Assembly (NCBI RefSeq): GCF_035084215.1
Contig: NW_027139559.1
Span: 6,758,001-6,822,000, forward strand
Reading direction: 5' to 3'
From: Heptranchias perlo
Lineage: Eukaryota
DNA length: 64,000 nucleotides
Shown one piece after another: positions 49,085 to 61,976 of the stretch. Made by a program: the position numbers and the translations under genes. The notes below the pieces were generated by a model. That model was not told where the DNA came from. It was given only the letters and a program-made list of their open reading frames with translations, and searched no databases. Every line of letters begins with the position of its first letter. Position 1 is the first letter of the stretch.

Positions 49085-50140
49085 CCAATGGACAAAAGCC
49101 CTTCTCATTCACTCCCACTGGAAAAAATCCTAAAAGACCAAAACCTTTCCTAATCTCTCCCATTGCATAGAATCACAAAGAGAAAAAAACCCTTCTCATT
49201 CCAAGCCATGATAGAGAGTGCGGTGCCCAGAACTGAACACAGTACTTGAAATGAGGTCTAACCAGAGCTCTGGAAAACTGTGACAAAACTTCCACTCCTT
49301 TATATTCCAGTTCCCTTGAGATAAAGATCAAAATTTAATCTCCATGTTACCGTATATTTGTAGTGAATTCTGTACTTGGACCCCTAAATCTCTCTCCTCC
49401 CCCACAGTTCTTAGCTTCTTCTTAATTAGTAAAAACACTGATCTATCTTTTTAAGGTTCAAAGTGGATGACCTCAAACTTTCCCACGTTGAACTCCATCT
49501 GCCACTGTTTTGCCCACTCACTTAATCTATCAATGTCCCTTTGAAACTTTCTGTTCCCATCTATACTGTTTACTGTGCCACCTAACTTCTTGTCGTCAGC
49601 ATACTTGGATATAAGGCTCTCTGCATAAGAACATAACAAATAGGAGCAGGAGTAGGCCATACGGCCCCTCGAGCCGGCTCCGCCATTCAATCAGATCTTG
49701 GGGGATCTTGGACCTCAACTCCACTTTCCCGCCCGATCCCCATATCCATGATTCCTCCAGATTTCAAAAATCTATCGATCTCCGCTTTGAATATATTGAA
49801 CGATTGAGCGTCCACAGCCCTCTGGGGAAGAGAATTCCAAAGATTCCTAATCCTTTGAGTGAAGAAATTTTCCCTGAATGGCCGACACCTTATCTTGAGA
49901 CCATGAGCTCGAGTTCATGACTCTCCAGCCAGGGAAATCAGCTTCTCAGTAACTACCCTGTCAAGTCGTCTAAGAAATGTATATGTTTCAATGCGATCAC
50001 CTCTAATTCTTTTAAACTCCGTCGAATATACGCCAATTTTACACAATATCTCCTGATGGTAAAATTGCAGCAAGACCTCCTTCCTCTTATATTCCAACGC
50101 CTTGTAATAAAGACTAACAAAACATTTGCGTTCCTCACTC
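49085..50140 (-). mobile_element. Two nested CR1 fragments
   Basis: ISKYADDKKLGG, WQMEFNVGK, RGDRIETY motifs; CR1 tail at 49625-49700. Confidence 0.8.
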
Positions 50141-50337
50141 TCATTGCACCCTCGGTAACTTAGTATTTCCAGTATATTGTCGTCTATTCCTTCTACAAGG
50201 AAAATAAATGAACGTTGAAAAGATTTCATTAATATCACGCCTGCTTATGTTTTGGAAACAACCCTCAGCTGAATTGAAACAAATTCGTTTGTCAACTTCG
50301 AGTTTCTGAAGGAAGCAAATTAGTACAAACACTGAAT

Positions 50338-50391
50338 TGCGATGTCCGGGAATCGAACCCGGGTTTATGCTCATCACTATACCACCATCGC
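50338..50391 (-). tRNA. tRNA-Gly(TCC)-derived pseudogene lacking the anticodon arm
   Basis: Minus strand GCGATGGTGGTATAGTGATGAGCATA-AACCCGGGTTCGATTCCCGGACATCGCA. Confidence 0.75.
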
Positions 50392-50498
50392 TGACTAGCA
50401 AAAATAATTAAATAGTTCCGAAACATCAGACCCTGAACAGGCACTGCAGGCTGTTGGATTCTGTTCCTCATTTCAACTGTGTCTGGATTTCCACATCG

Positions 50499-50537
50499 TT
50501 CACCTGAGGAAGGAGGTAGCCTCCGAAAGCTTGTGAA
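50499..50537 (+). ncRNA. Minimal hammerhead ribozyme motif in a solo Penelope terminal fragment (~50495-50590)
   Basis: TTCAC-CTGAGGA-A-GGAGG(TAG)CCTCC-GAAA-GCTT-GTGAA. Confidence 0.65.
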
Positions 50538-50628
50538 TTTAAAATAAAATTGCTGGACTATAACTTGGTGTTGTAAAATTGTTTACAATCATTTAAACTG
50601 CTTTCTGACGGATCCTTTCTCGCTCTGT

Positions 50629-50661
50629 TGCAGTTCCCGTTTCCGTCCAGTAGATGTCGCC
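50629..50661 (+). promoter_or_regulatory. CTCF-like site with upstream module
   Basis: TGCAGTTCC, spacer, then GTCCAGTAGATGTCGCC, which fits the CCASYAGRKGGCR core with one mismatch. Confidence 0.5.
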
Positions 50662-50829
50662 AACCCCCAATCAATGGAAATTACACAAAAGCCAGTAATT
50701 CTTCACCTCATATCGGACTGAAGAGATGGTCGATACCTGCAATACTTTATCAGCTGTACGCACATTGTGCCGCAGCTCACATCAGCCATTGAGTAAAGTT
50801 AAATAATTACATTAAATCATCACGGAGAC

Positions 50830-52136
50830 CTGAATACCAGCTGGACACAAATGGCAGCTTAATATTCAAGTCCATAAGAAAGGACAGGGAAATAGGGAAA
50901 GGAGGAGGAGTAGAAATATTACTAAAGGGCAATATTACAGCAGTTGAAAGATAGAATATCAGTTAGGGTGAGGGAGCAGTGTAAACACTCTGAGAGACCC
51001 ATGGTTCATGTCGTAGATGTGATATATTTGGATTTTCCGAAGGCCTTCGATAAGGTACCACACTTCAGACTCATGGCTTAAGTTTACAGCACGTGGAGTC
51101 AGGGGACAGGTGGCAGAATGGTTTGCAAGCTGGCAACAAAACAGAAAACTGAAAATAGAGGTTAAGGGTAGTTACTCAGACTGGCAAAAGGTGGGAAGTG
51201 GAGTTCCACAGGGATCGGTGTTGGGACCACTGTTGTTCACAATTTACATTAACAATTCGGGACTCGAGAATCGGAAGTACAATTTCTAAGTTTGTGGACG
51301 ACACCAAATTGGCGGATATGGTTAATAAAAAGGAAGAATGCATCAAAATGCAAGAGGATATTAATAAACTTGCAGAATGAAGAATAAGGAGGTCACATAC
51401 TGCTTGAATAGTAAGAGTCTAATCGGGATAGAAGAGCAAAGGGATCTAGTGGTACAGATATACAAATTACTGAAAGTAGCGACGCAGCTTGATAAGGTCA
51501 CAAAATGGCAAATCAAACACTAGGATTCATTTCCAGATTGATAGAATTGAAAAGCAATAAAGTTATGTTGAACTTGTATGGGACCTTGGTTAGACCATAC
51601 TTGGAGTGTTGTGCACAGTTCTGGTCTGCAATTATAGAAAGGACTTAGAAGGTGCAAAAAAGATTCTCATGATACGAGAAATGAGAGGATATTCTTATTA
51701 GGAAATGCTGAACAGATTGGGGGTGTTTTCATTAGAATAGAGAAGGCTGAGGGGTGACCTGATAGAGGCCTTACAGTGGGGTTTCATGGGGTAGACATAG
51801 AGAAAATGTTTCCATTTGTCGGGAGTCCAAAACTAAAGGTAATAATGATAAAATTTTCGCTAATAAATCCAATAGGGAATTCGGGAAAAACTGCTTTTCC
51901 CAGAAAGTGGTTAGAATGTGGAAAACGTTACCGCAAGGAATAGTTCAGACAAATAGCACAGGTGCAATTGAGGGGAAGCTAGAGAAACACATGAGGAAGA
52001 AAGGAATCGAAGGGTATTCTGATCGGGTTAGATGAAGTAGGGAAGGAGGAGCCTCGTGTGGAGCATAAATGCCGGAACAGACCAGTTGGGCCGAATGGCC
52101 TCTTTCTGTGCCGTAGTTTCGATGTAACTCGATGTA
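50830..52136 (+). mobile_element. Decayed, internally deleted CR1
   Basis: KAFDKVPH, GVPQGSVLGPLLF, DDTKL, PYLECCAQFW; tail ...TCGATGTAACTCGATGTAA. Confidence 0.85.
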
Positions 52137-52138
52137 AA

Positions 52139-52180
52139 GGCTCTTTTCAGAGCCACCCAGTGTATCTGTGAAAGGGCTGG
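52139..52180 (+). terminator. Orphan replication-dependent histone 3' stem-loop plus histone downstream element
   Basis: AAA-GGCTCTTTTCAGAGCC-ACCCA (stem-loop 52139-52154) and purine-rich GAAAGGGCTG ~15 nt downstream; no histone ORF upstream. Confidence 0.8.
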
Positions 52181-54099
52181 TTACTGTCTGAAGGGAGACG
52201 CTGATATCATGCTACCAGTGTTGCTTTGAGCTGCTTTTTTCTCGTTGCAGGCGAGATGAGGTATTAATGGGACTGGAGTCGGGGCACCGACCACATTCCG
52301 GTACTTTAAACGGTAAGTTATGGCCCCCAGTCCACACATCACCAGATTTCTTGTATTATTTAAACTACTTGCCATGCTGGGCTCGTAAAACATCACCAGA
52401 ACTGCTCGACTAACCTTTCTATATCTGCGGGATTCAGCGCTTCGCTCCGTTTCTGCTCTATTTTGTTAGATTATTTACATAACGCATCAAACTCATAGGG
52501 GAATCAGTGAAATGTAACTCTGTACAGAAACAAATAACAGTGAACGGCCTGGTGCCCAGGAGATCAGAAGCATTACTCGCCTTTCGTCCTGTTAACAAGC
52601 AAACCGTGTTTACAGTCCACCGACCCGCTTCGGTTCCATATGGGGGATTAAACAGAGAAAGCGGGAGGGGAGGAGACAGAGTGACAGACAGGACAGATGG
52701 CAGACTCTAATCTTCCAGCTCCACCTCCAGTTATCCCCGACCGCCGATTTCTAACGATAATTGAACCGAAACACAACGCTCCGCACAAACCCTTACAGAC
52801 TCGGGCTTCATATTCAAAGATTCCCAGAAACCCGGAGCTTTCAAATAAGCCCCGTTACAATGAAAAGTCAGTACCATTCCTGCCTAAACACAGTCCATTC
52901 AAGAACAGTCAACTCGGCTCCTCCATTTCAGTCTGCCCCCCTGTTCTATCTCCCCACGCATCCCCTCCCAGACTGGTTCAGCAGTTTACAAATACCTTAC
53001 AAATATTGGGAGAATCTCATGTGTTGGGGTTTTAGTTATGACGCCGAGTTTCTCCGCGAGTGTTACGCTCTCACAGAGACTCTCACCCTGAATCTGTGAA
53101 ATAATAATCACAATGAACTGGGACTGGATCCGAACACATCCCCAGTTACAATGAGGCCTGGCCCCGACATCTCATTCTCTCTGTTTTATATCAGACAGTA
53201 TCCCACCTTCATATCCGTACCAGAGAGAGAGAGACTGTCAATCTTACTCTTCAGATCAGTGTGTTCATATCACGCTCAATAGCAGTATCCAACCTTCATA
53301 TACTGCACCAGAGGGAGAGAGAGGGCGACCGACACGGTGAGAGAGCGCGGAGAGACACAGTGTCACAATATCAATTGCAGACTGACCTGTAAAGTTCCGT
53401 TTTTTTTCCAGAAAGATCTCATTGGAGAGACAGAAGGTGCAATCTAATCTCTCACTGATATTGTACCAGAGGCAGACACATTATTAATCCCACACTCAGG
53501 GACAGTGCAGAGCGCGACAAAAACAATGGGCCACATTGAATCCTCTGTTGCCTGTTGTACTATATTCGGTTTTGCAGCTCAAGGTCCTTCGGTACTAAAC
53601 TAAATAAGCGCGCGTTTCACTCTGATCATATTAATCTGGGACTGTTGCTGTCAGATATTAAACCGACACGGTCCCAGAAAACACACGGACTCCGACTTTC
53701 CTCCAATGTTTCTGTAGGATTGGTTTTGAGAAATCCTCCCTTCAGTTTCTTCCTCAAGCGTCAGTTTTATCAGTAAAGGAGCCAAGAATGAACAGAACCC
53801 ATTGGCTCATTCCACAGCCGCCTTCTTTATCTCTGAAAGACTACTTACCATTAAAAGATCCCGAGAGAAACAGCAGGGATGGAAACATCTAGTTTCATAG
53901 TTGGAGATTGGAAAGTCAGTCTGGATTCCAGCGTGAGGCACTGATGGAATCCCATCTGTTCCCCATTCTGGTGCCTGTTCCTGCACTGCCTGTGGACCCC
54001 ATTCCCTCTGACCTTTCCCCCAGACCCACTTCCTTTGCTCAGACTCGGAAAAATTCCAATTGGGGAAAGTTTCCATCGATTTCAGGATTGGGAATTAAA

Positions 54100-54360
54100 C
54101 CAGATATCTGCGCATGCGTGACTCAGCCCCGCCCCCAGCGCTGGTTGGTGGTGAGCAGAAGAGCGCATGCGCGCTGCCCTCCCCCAGCTCGGCCTGTGGG
54201 CGCCATTCCCTCAGTGAGCGGAAGAAGATGGTTTAAAACAGGCGGGAATGGAGAGATCACGGCCCCCGGGGGAAGGGAGCAAAGAGCAGCCTCGTTACAG
54301 CAGCTCATCGCTTCGGGACCGTGTCCGCAGATGGGCTCAGAGATCGGCATTGAGTCCGGG
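54100..54360. promoter_or_regulatory. CpG-rich housekeeping-type promoter region; target gene not identified
   Basis: NRF1-like GCGCATGCG at 54110-54118 and 54163-54172, AP-1-like TGACTCA at 54119-54125, GC box CCCCGCCCC at 54127-54135. Confidence 0.5.
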
Positions 54361-55499
54361 GGAAGGGCAGGGGGAGTCCGGGGGATGTTTGTAAGAGGCG
54401 GAGTGGATCAGGAACTGGTCCCGGAACATGGAGTGAGAGGGGGGGCGGAAGGGAGAGGTCATTCTCGGGCTGTGTGTGGACAGGGTGTGTCCAGGGGAAG
54501 GGAGAGAGAATGGGAAGAAGCTGCTATTAAAATCATTGCTGCTTTCTCTCCCCAAACCAGGAGTGAATGGTCCTGGTTTAGTTCCAGTCTCCCCCTGTTT
54601 ATTGTTATTGGACAGTGAAGAGTGGAAACAGAGCCGGAGAGTAAGGATGTGGGGAGTTATACAAAGAGCATCTATTGCAGGCACCAGGTGAGAAGTGTGA
54701 AGGAGACATTTTAAACAGCGGCTGTTTGCTTTAAGTTGAACGGTTAGTCCCGTGGGAGAGGGGATTAGAAACCTGACCTGTACAAAGGTCCCTGCCCCAT
54801 CAGGTAGTCCCATTCATGGATCAGTGCAGGGGTTGGGTTGTGTCTGGATATCACTCAATTGTTTTAAATTCGCGCAAAACACCTGGTATCAGAAGCTGAG
54901 TGCTGCAGTACTGCAGTGGAGTCAGACACTGACTCTGTTTGTATCACTGGTTTTCATTTGTGGGTATTCAAAATAATTATTGACAGGGATATTAAACTGA
55001 TCACTTTTGTATTTTCTACCTCACCTGTTCTTGAGTTACAAGAGATACGTTTCTTTCTACAGGCAAACCCTTGAAGGATCCAGAATGAATGTGAAGTTTC
55101 CTCCACCCGAGGCAAAGGAAGAGTGCAGCCAGCTCCTCACACACAGTCGGTATATTATCACTCACAGAGCACAGAGACACAGACAGGTCATCAGGTCCAC
55201 AGTCTCAGACAGCAGAGGTAGTCAGTCCCACACTGATCCCAGGTTCCAGAGACACATTTTCAATCCAACAGTCAAACAGAGCAGGTGAGGCAGACGCTGT
55301 TTCCATTTCCCCCGAACTCAGTCCCGCTGACAGGAAGATCCAAAAATCCCAGTCCAAAGCTTTCAGATTGTCAATTTCACAAAAGGGCAACATTATCCGT
55401 GAATTAAATACCAGATACCCCGAGATTACAATTGAATACTGGCCCAGAACTCTCACACACACGTGAGTTTAATACATGCAGTATCCATTCGAATAGCGG

Positions 55500-58400
55500 A
55501 TCATGAGATACAAATTGCAAGTCCAAAACTCATGGACAGTATCAGATTGAGAAATGCTGTGACAGTGTAACCTGAGGAACAAATTAGATACCAGTTTATA
55601 ATATGCTCATTGTGTGAGATTTAAAGACGCAGTATCAATTTCTTTAGTACAGACTGATCTACACATTATGTACCAATTCAAAAATATCACCATATCAGTG
55701 TGAAAGATACATTATCATTCACAATATTACTCACAGACATATAGATTTAATAGTTGTCCAAAAAGCACACAAATCATCAAAGCATCAAATACTTAAGTGT
55801 ATCCATATTCACCAATTAAATAATGAGAAAAACTATTTAAACATTAAGGTATTAAAGCTACAGTATTGAACACAATAGTGTAATCTGAGAGAATAAATAT
55901 CTACAGATACACAATGAATCTTACACTCACATAACGTACCAAAGACTGACAGAAGCAGAAGGAATCCCAAACTCACATACAGTACCAGAGACTGACAGAT
56001 ACAGAATGAATCCCACACTCACACACAGTACCAGAGACTGACAGATACAGAATGAATCCCACACTCACACACAGTACCAGAGATTGACAGATACAGAATG
56101 AATCCCACACTCACACACAGTACCAGAGACTGACAGATACAGAATGAATCCCACACTCACACACAGTACCAGAGACTGAGGGATACAGAATGAATCCCAC
56201 ACTCACACACAATACCAGAGGCTGACAGATACAGAATGAATCCCGCACTCACACACAGTACCAGAGACTGACAGATACAGAATGAATCCCACACTCACAC
56301 ACAGTACCAGAGACTGAGAGATACAAAGTGAATCTCACAATCACCTCCATTAGTGCAAGCTGAGTTACAACTTACGTACCAGAGCAAAAATCTCACAGTT
56401 GCAGATTGAAAGATACCATTTCAATTCCATTAATGCAGGCTTAGTTACACATTAGGTACCAGGCCAAAAATCTCAGTGTCAGAATGAACGATACAGTATC
56501 AATTCCATTAGTGCAGGCTGAGCTACGCATTATGAACAACTACAAAAAAACTGATACAGATTCAGACTGAAATATACAGTGTTTTATTCATGCAGACTGA
56601 GCTCCACATTATATACAAGTTCAAAAATGTCACCATATCAGTTTGGAAGATGCACAAATTCACAATTGTGTTCCCATCGATATGGATTTAATGGAAGTCC
56701 AAAAATAGATGCCCACATTATCTGATTATATCCAATGGCATTACATTTTAAAATGTATCATTATCTACCAATTAATGACCGGGAAAAAATATTCATACAT
56801 TAAGGCATTAAAGATACAGTTTTGAATGCCCTGCTGTAAACCGAGATACAAATTAGATAAAGATAAAGAATGAATCTCACACTTCGATGGACTGCCAGAG
56901 ACTGACATATAGAATGAATCCAAAACACATACAATGTACCAGTGACTGACAGATTCAAAATTAATCCCACACTCACACACTGTAGCACAGACTGTCAGAT
57001 ACAGAATTTATATCACTCACATACAGCATCAGAAATTGATAGATACAGAATGAACGTCTCACCAACACACAATACCTGAGACTGACAGATACAGAATGAA
57101 GCCCACACCCACACACAATATCAGGGACTGACAGATACAGAATGAATCTCACGCTCACACACAGTACTACAGACTGACAGATAAAGTATGAATACCACAT
57201 ACACGCAGTACCAGAAACTGACAGATACAGAATGAATCCCACACTCACACACATTTCCAGAGACAGACAGATACAGAATGAATCCCACACTCACAGACAG
57301 TACCAGAGACTGAAAGATACAGAATGAATCCCACACTCACACACAGTACCAGAGACTGACAGATACAGAATGAATCCCACACTCAAAAACAGTACCAGAG
57401 ACTGACAGATACAGAATGAATCCCACACTCAAAAACAGTACCAGAGACTGACAGATACAGAATGAATCCCACACACAGTACCAGAGACTACGAGATACAG
57501 AATGAATCCCAAACTCACACACAGTACCAGAGACTGAAAGATACAGAATGAATCCCACACTCACACACAGTACCAGAGACTGAAAGATACAGAATGAATC
57601 CCACACTCACATACAGTACCGGAAACTGACAGATACAGAATGAATCTCACAGTCCCATTACTGCAGACTGAGTTACACTTTACATACCAGTCCAAAGATC
57701 TCATTGTGTCAGATTGAAAAATACACAATATAGTCCATTCGAGCAGACTGAGCTACATATTAGATATATTGGTAAATACTCAGAGTATGATACTGAAATA
57801 AACAGTATCAATACCAATGGTACAGACTGAGCTACACATTACACACTGTTCCAAAAACCTCATAAATGATCAGACTGGAAGATACAGTTTCAATTCTATT
57901 TGCACCGCCTGAGCTGTACATTACATACCAGACTGAAAATACGATCAAATGTTAGACTGAAAGGTACAGGATCGATTCCATGAGTGCAGACTGAGCCACA
58001 CATAATATCGGGCAGTCCAACAATCTCATACCGTATCAGATTCAAAGATACAAAATCAAATCCATTAGCACAGACTGACCTATATGTTGCTCACCAGTCC
58101 GAAAATCTCATACAGTATCAGATTGAAAGATTCAGTATCACTTCCACCATTGAAGACTGAGCTACACATTACATTCCAGTCCAGAAATCTCTTACAGTAT
58201 CAGACTGATAGATACAGTATCAATTCCTTTAGTGCAGGACAGGCTACATATTACATACCAGTCCAAACATCTCATACAGTGTCAGACTCAGATCGAGAAT
58301 TCATCCCATTATTGCAGACTGAACTATACATTACATACCAGTCCAGTAATTTCACCGTGAACAGATTGAAAGGTACATTATCATTCACAATAGAGTTCAG

Positions 58401-60617
58401 GGATTAAGATGTAACACACATTGTTTGATGAAAGAAAATCGAAAAGTTTATCCATATTAACAATTTTAATAATCGACAAAGAACTGTATATATTTAAAAG
58501 TATTAAAGATACAGTTTCAAATAAGATACTTTCAACTGAAATAAGAATATGAAATGAATTCAGACTTGCACATTGTCTCAGAGACTGAATTACACAATGA
58601 ATCCCTCACTGAGATAAAGTAGCAGATAATGGCAGATATAGAACGAATCCCACACTCACATATAGTACCAGAGACTGACAGATACAGAATGAATCTCGCA
58701 CTCACAAACAGTACCAGAGACTGACAGATACACATTGAATCCATCACTTACATATAGTACCCCTGAGACTGACAGATGCAGAATATACCCCATGCTCACA
58801 GACATTACCAGAGACTGACAGATACAGAATTAATCCCACACTCACATATAGCACCAGAGACTGACAGATACAGAATGAATCTTACAGTTACATTACTGCA
58901 GACTGAGCTACACATTAAATACCAGTCCATAAATCTCATTGGGTCACATTGAAAGATACGGCACCAATTCCATTGGTGCAGACTGAGCGACATATTCTAT
59001 ATATATAAATACTTATGTTATACTGAGATAAATATTATCAATACCATTGGTACAGACTGAGATACACATTACATACGAGTCCAAAATCAAATAAATGATC
59101 AGACTGGAAGATATAGTTTAAATTCTATTAGCACCGCCTGAGCTAAACAGTATATAACACTCCAACAATCTCACACAATATTAGACTGAAAGATACAGTA
59201 CCAATTCCAGTAGCACAGACTGAGCTATATGTTACTCACCAGTCCAAAAATCTCATACAGTATTAGACTCAGATACAGAATTAATCCCATTATTTCAGAC
59301 TGAACGACACATTACAGACCAGTCCAGTAATTTCACCATCAACAGATTGAAAGTTACATTATCACACGCATGGATTAAAGAAAATCGAAAAGTGCATCCA
59401 TATAAATAAATTAAATACTCCAAGAAGAACTGTATATATTTTGAAGTGGTAAAGATACAGTTTCAAATACGATACTGTGAACTGAAATAAGAATATGGAA
59501 TGAATCCAGACTTGCACATTGTCTCAGAGACTGAATTACAGACTGAATCACACACTGCGATAAAGTAGCAGAGAATGGCAGATACAGAATGTATCCCCCA
59601 CATACACAGACAGCACCAGAGACTGACAGATACAGAATGAATACATCACTTATATATAGCGCCAGAGACTGACAGATACAGAATTAATCCCACACTCACA
59701 TAAAGCACCAGAGACTGAGAGATACAGAATGAATCCATCACTTATATCTAGTACCTGAGACTGACAGATGCAGAATGTATCTCATGCTCACACTCATTAC
59801 CAGAGACTGACAGATACAGAATGAATCCCAAACTCACGCACAGCACCAGAGACAGACAGATACAGAATAAACCCCACTCTCATATACAGTACCAGAGACT
59901 GACAGATACAGATATATTTTGAAGTGGTAAAGATACAGTTTCAAATACGATACTGTGAACTGAAATAAGAATATAGAATGAATCCAGACTTGCACATTGT
60001 CTCAGAGACTGAATTACAGAATGAATCCCACACTGAGATAAAGTAGCAGAGAATGGCAGATACAGAATGTATCCCCCACATACACAGTCCCTCTCATATA
60101 CAGTGCCAGAGATAGACAGATATAGAATAAACCCCACTCTCATTTACAGTGCCAGAGATAGACAGATACAGAATAAACCCCACTCTCATATACAGTGCCA
60201 GAGATAGACAGATACAGAATAAACCCCACTCTCATATACAGTGCCAGAGATAGACAGATACAGAATAAACCCCACTCTCATATACAGTGACAGAGATAGA
60301 CAGATACAGAATAAACCCCACTCTCATATACAGTGACAGAGACTGACAGATACAGAATAAACCCCACTCTCATATACAGTACCAGAGATAGATACAGAAT
60401 AAACCCACTCTCATATACAGTACCAGAGATAGACAGATGCAGAATAAACCCCACTCTCATATAGAGTACCAGAGATAGACAGATACAGAATAAACCCCAC
60501 TCTCATATAGAGTACCAGAGATAGACAGATACAGAATAAACCCCACTCTCATTTACAGTGCCAGAGATAGACAGATACAGAATAAACCCCACTCTCATAT
60601 ACAGTACCAGAGACTGA
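55500..60617. repeat. Composite satellite: 46-bp arrays alternating with ~80-bp units and AT-rich spacers
   Basis: 46-mer CAGTACCAGAGACTGACAGATACAGAATGAATCCCACACTCACACA; second unit CCATTAGTGCAGACTGAGCTACACATTACATACCAGTCC...GAAAGATACAG. Confidence 0.92.
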
Positions 60618-61319
60618 CCTCTACTGGACGTAAGCGAGAACTGTAAAAGAGTGGAACAAATTCACATGATCTGTCATGGTGACAGAAACAGGACAATGTG
60701 CAATGTGAGGAAAGGTTTCTGTCTGTAATTTTCACTCTCGTATTTTTGCACTTTTTAATAGAGAAAAATGAAGATAATTGATTAATAATAAAGTTTTAGC
60801 TTCACTCATTCAATAGTTGTCAATTTGCTCGATCATATTTCACTGTACATTGCGCAGTATTTCTCTCTGATTTCTCAGGACACGATTTACATTGCTCCTC
60901 TGCCCATTTAGACTGTTATTTTCCAAGCAGTATGTGGCCTCCTTATTCCCCCTAACGAAATGCAGCATCGCAAACCTTTCTATATTGAGATTCAATGGCC
61001 ATTTAAACAGCCTTCTGCAAGTTTATTTTGCCGCAGTCTTCCTCAGTATTGACTATACCCCAAAATCAATTACAAGAATTTTACACAGCATTACAACTAA
61101 TGTTTGGTCTAACAAAATGTACTTGCAGCTCGTCTCCATTCCCAGTTTTTCTCAATCCCACCCGTGCAATATAATGTGAAGAATTAGTTTCTGTTCTGTC
61201 CCTCTCTCATCTTCAAACTTCAATGTCCCGGGTTTGGGGAGATCTACTGGCCGGAAGCAGAACTGCAACAGTTCGGAACAAATTGCTGAAAGCGGACAGT
61301 GTGCGGTGTGAGCGTGTTT

Positions 61320-61476
61320 GTGATTGGTGGCAGATACTGAATCTGATTGGATATCTGAAGAAACCAATCAGAGAGTTACAGTTAATAATTATTGTGACCT
61401 CATCCCAATGACCCAATCACAATCATTGCCCTCCCCATCCTTCATTACCATAGGTCTGTGGGACTGCCTATTTAAT
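61320..61476 (+). promoter_or_regulatory. Histone H2B promoter
   Basis: Multiple CCAAT/ATTGG boxes (~61323, 61346, 61364, 61405, 61413), degenerate H2B octamer box (TTCATTACCATA) and TATTTAA at ~61469. Confidence 0.6.
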
Positions 61477-61527
61477 CCGAGCTCGGAGCGGATTGGGTCA
61501 TTTCTGGGTCTGAAATTGAGTTTGGAA

Positions 61528-61902
61528 ATGCCTGAGGACAAGAAAGCAGCTCCCAAGAAGGGCGCCAAGAAAACCTTGAGTAAAGCACCAGGCAAAGGCG
61601 GCAAGAAGCGCAGAAAGTCGAGGAAGGAGAGTTACGGCATCTACATCTACAAAGTGATGAAGCAGGTTCACCCGGACACCGGCATCTCCTCCAAGGCCAT
61701 GGGCATCATGAACTCCTTTGTGAGCGATATTTTCGAGCGCATCGCGGGTGAGGCTTCCCGCCTGGCCCATTACAACAAGCGGGCGACCATCAGCTCCCGG
61801 GAGATCCAGACCGCCGTGCGCCTGCTGCTGCCCGGGGAACTGGCCAAGCACGCCGTGTCGGAAGGGACAAAGGCGGTGACCAAATACACCAGTTCCAAGT
61901 AA
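61528..61902 (+). CDS. H2B: Replication-dependent histone H2B (124 aa), intronless and intact
   Basis: [15 protein letters not shown]...[27 protein letters not shown]...[24 protein letters not shown]. Confidence 0.98.
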   Translation: MPEDKKAAPKKGAKKTLSKAPGKGGKKRRKSRKESYGIYIYKVMKQVHPDTGISSKAMGIMNSFVSDIFERIAGEASRLAHYNKRATISSREIQTAVRLLLPGELAKHAVSEGTKAVTKYTSSK

Positions 61903-61935
61903 AACTCCACAAACAACTGCAAAATTAAACACAAA

Positions 61936-61976
61936 GGCTCTTTTAAGAGCCACCCACAGTCTCTCTGAAGACGCTG
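61936..61976 (+). terminator. Histone mRNA 3' stem-loop and downstream element
   Basis: CAAA-GGCTCTTTTAAGAGCC-ACCCA (stem-loop 61936-61951), followed by GAAGACGCTG. Confidence 0.9.

Noticed and set aside
52181-52396. Possible histone H1 remnant near the orphan stem-loop
   Set aside because: Similarity is too vague, and it lies on the wrong side and strand relative to the stem-loop.
53908-54618. 236-aa ORF
   Set aside because: Non-ATG start, GC-rich promoter-like sequence open on both strands, and no recognisable domain.
55980-57620. CACAGTA heptamers in the 46-bp satellite as an RSS array
   Set aside because: No nonamer-like sequence at 12- or 23-nt spacing.
61324-61527. 68-aa N-terminal extension of H2B in the ORF track
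   Set aside because: Starts at a non-ATG codon and runs through the CCAAT/TATA promoter; the true start is ATG 61528.
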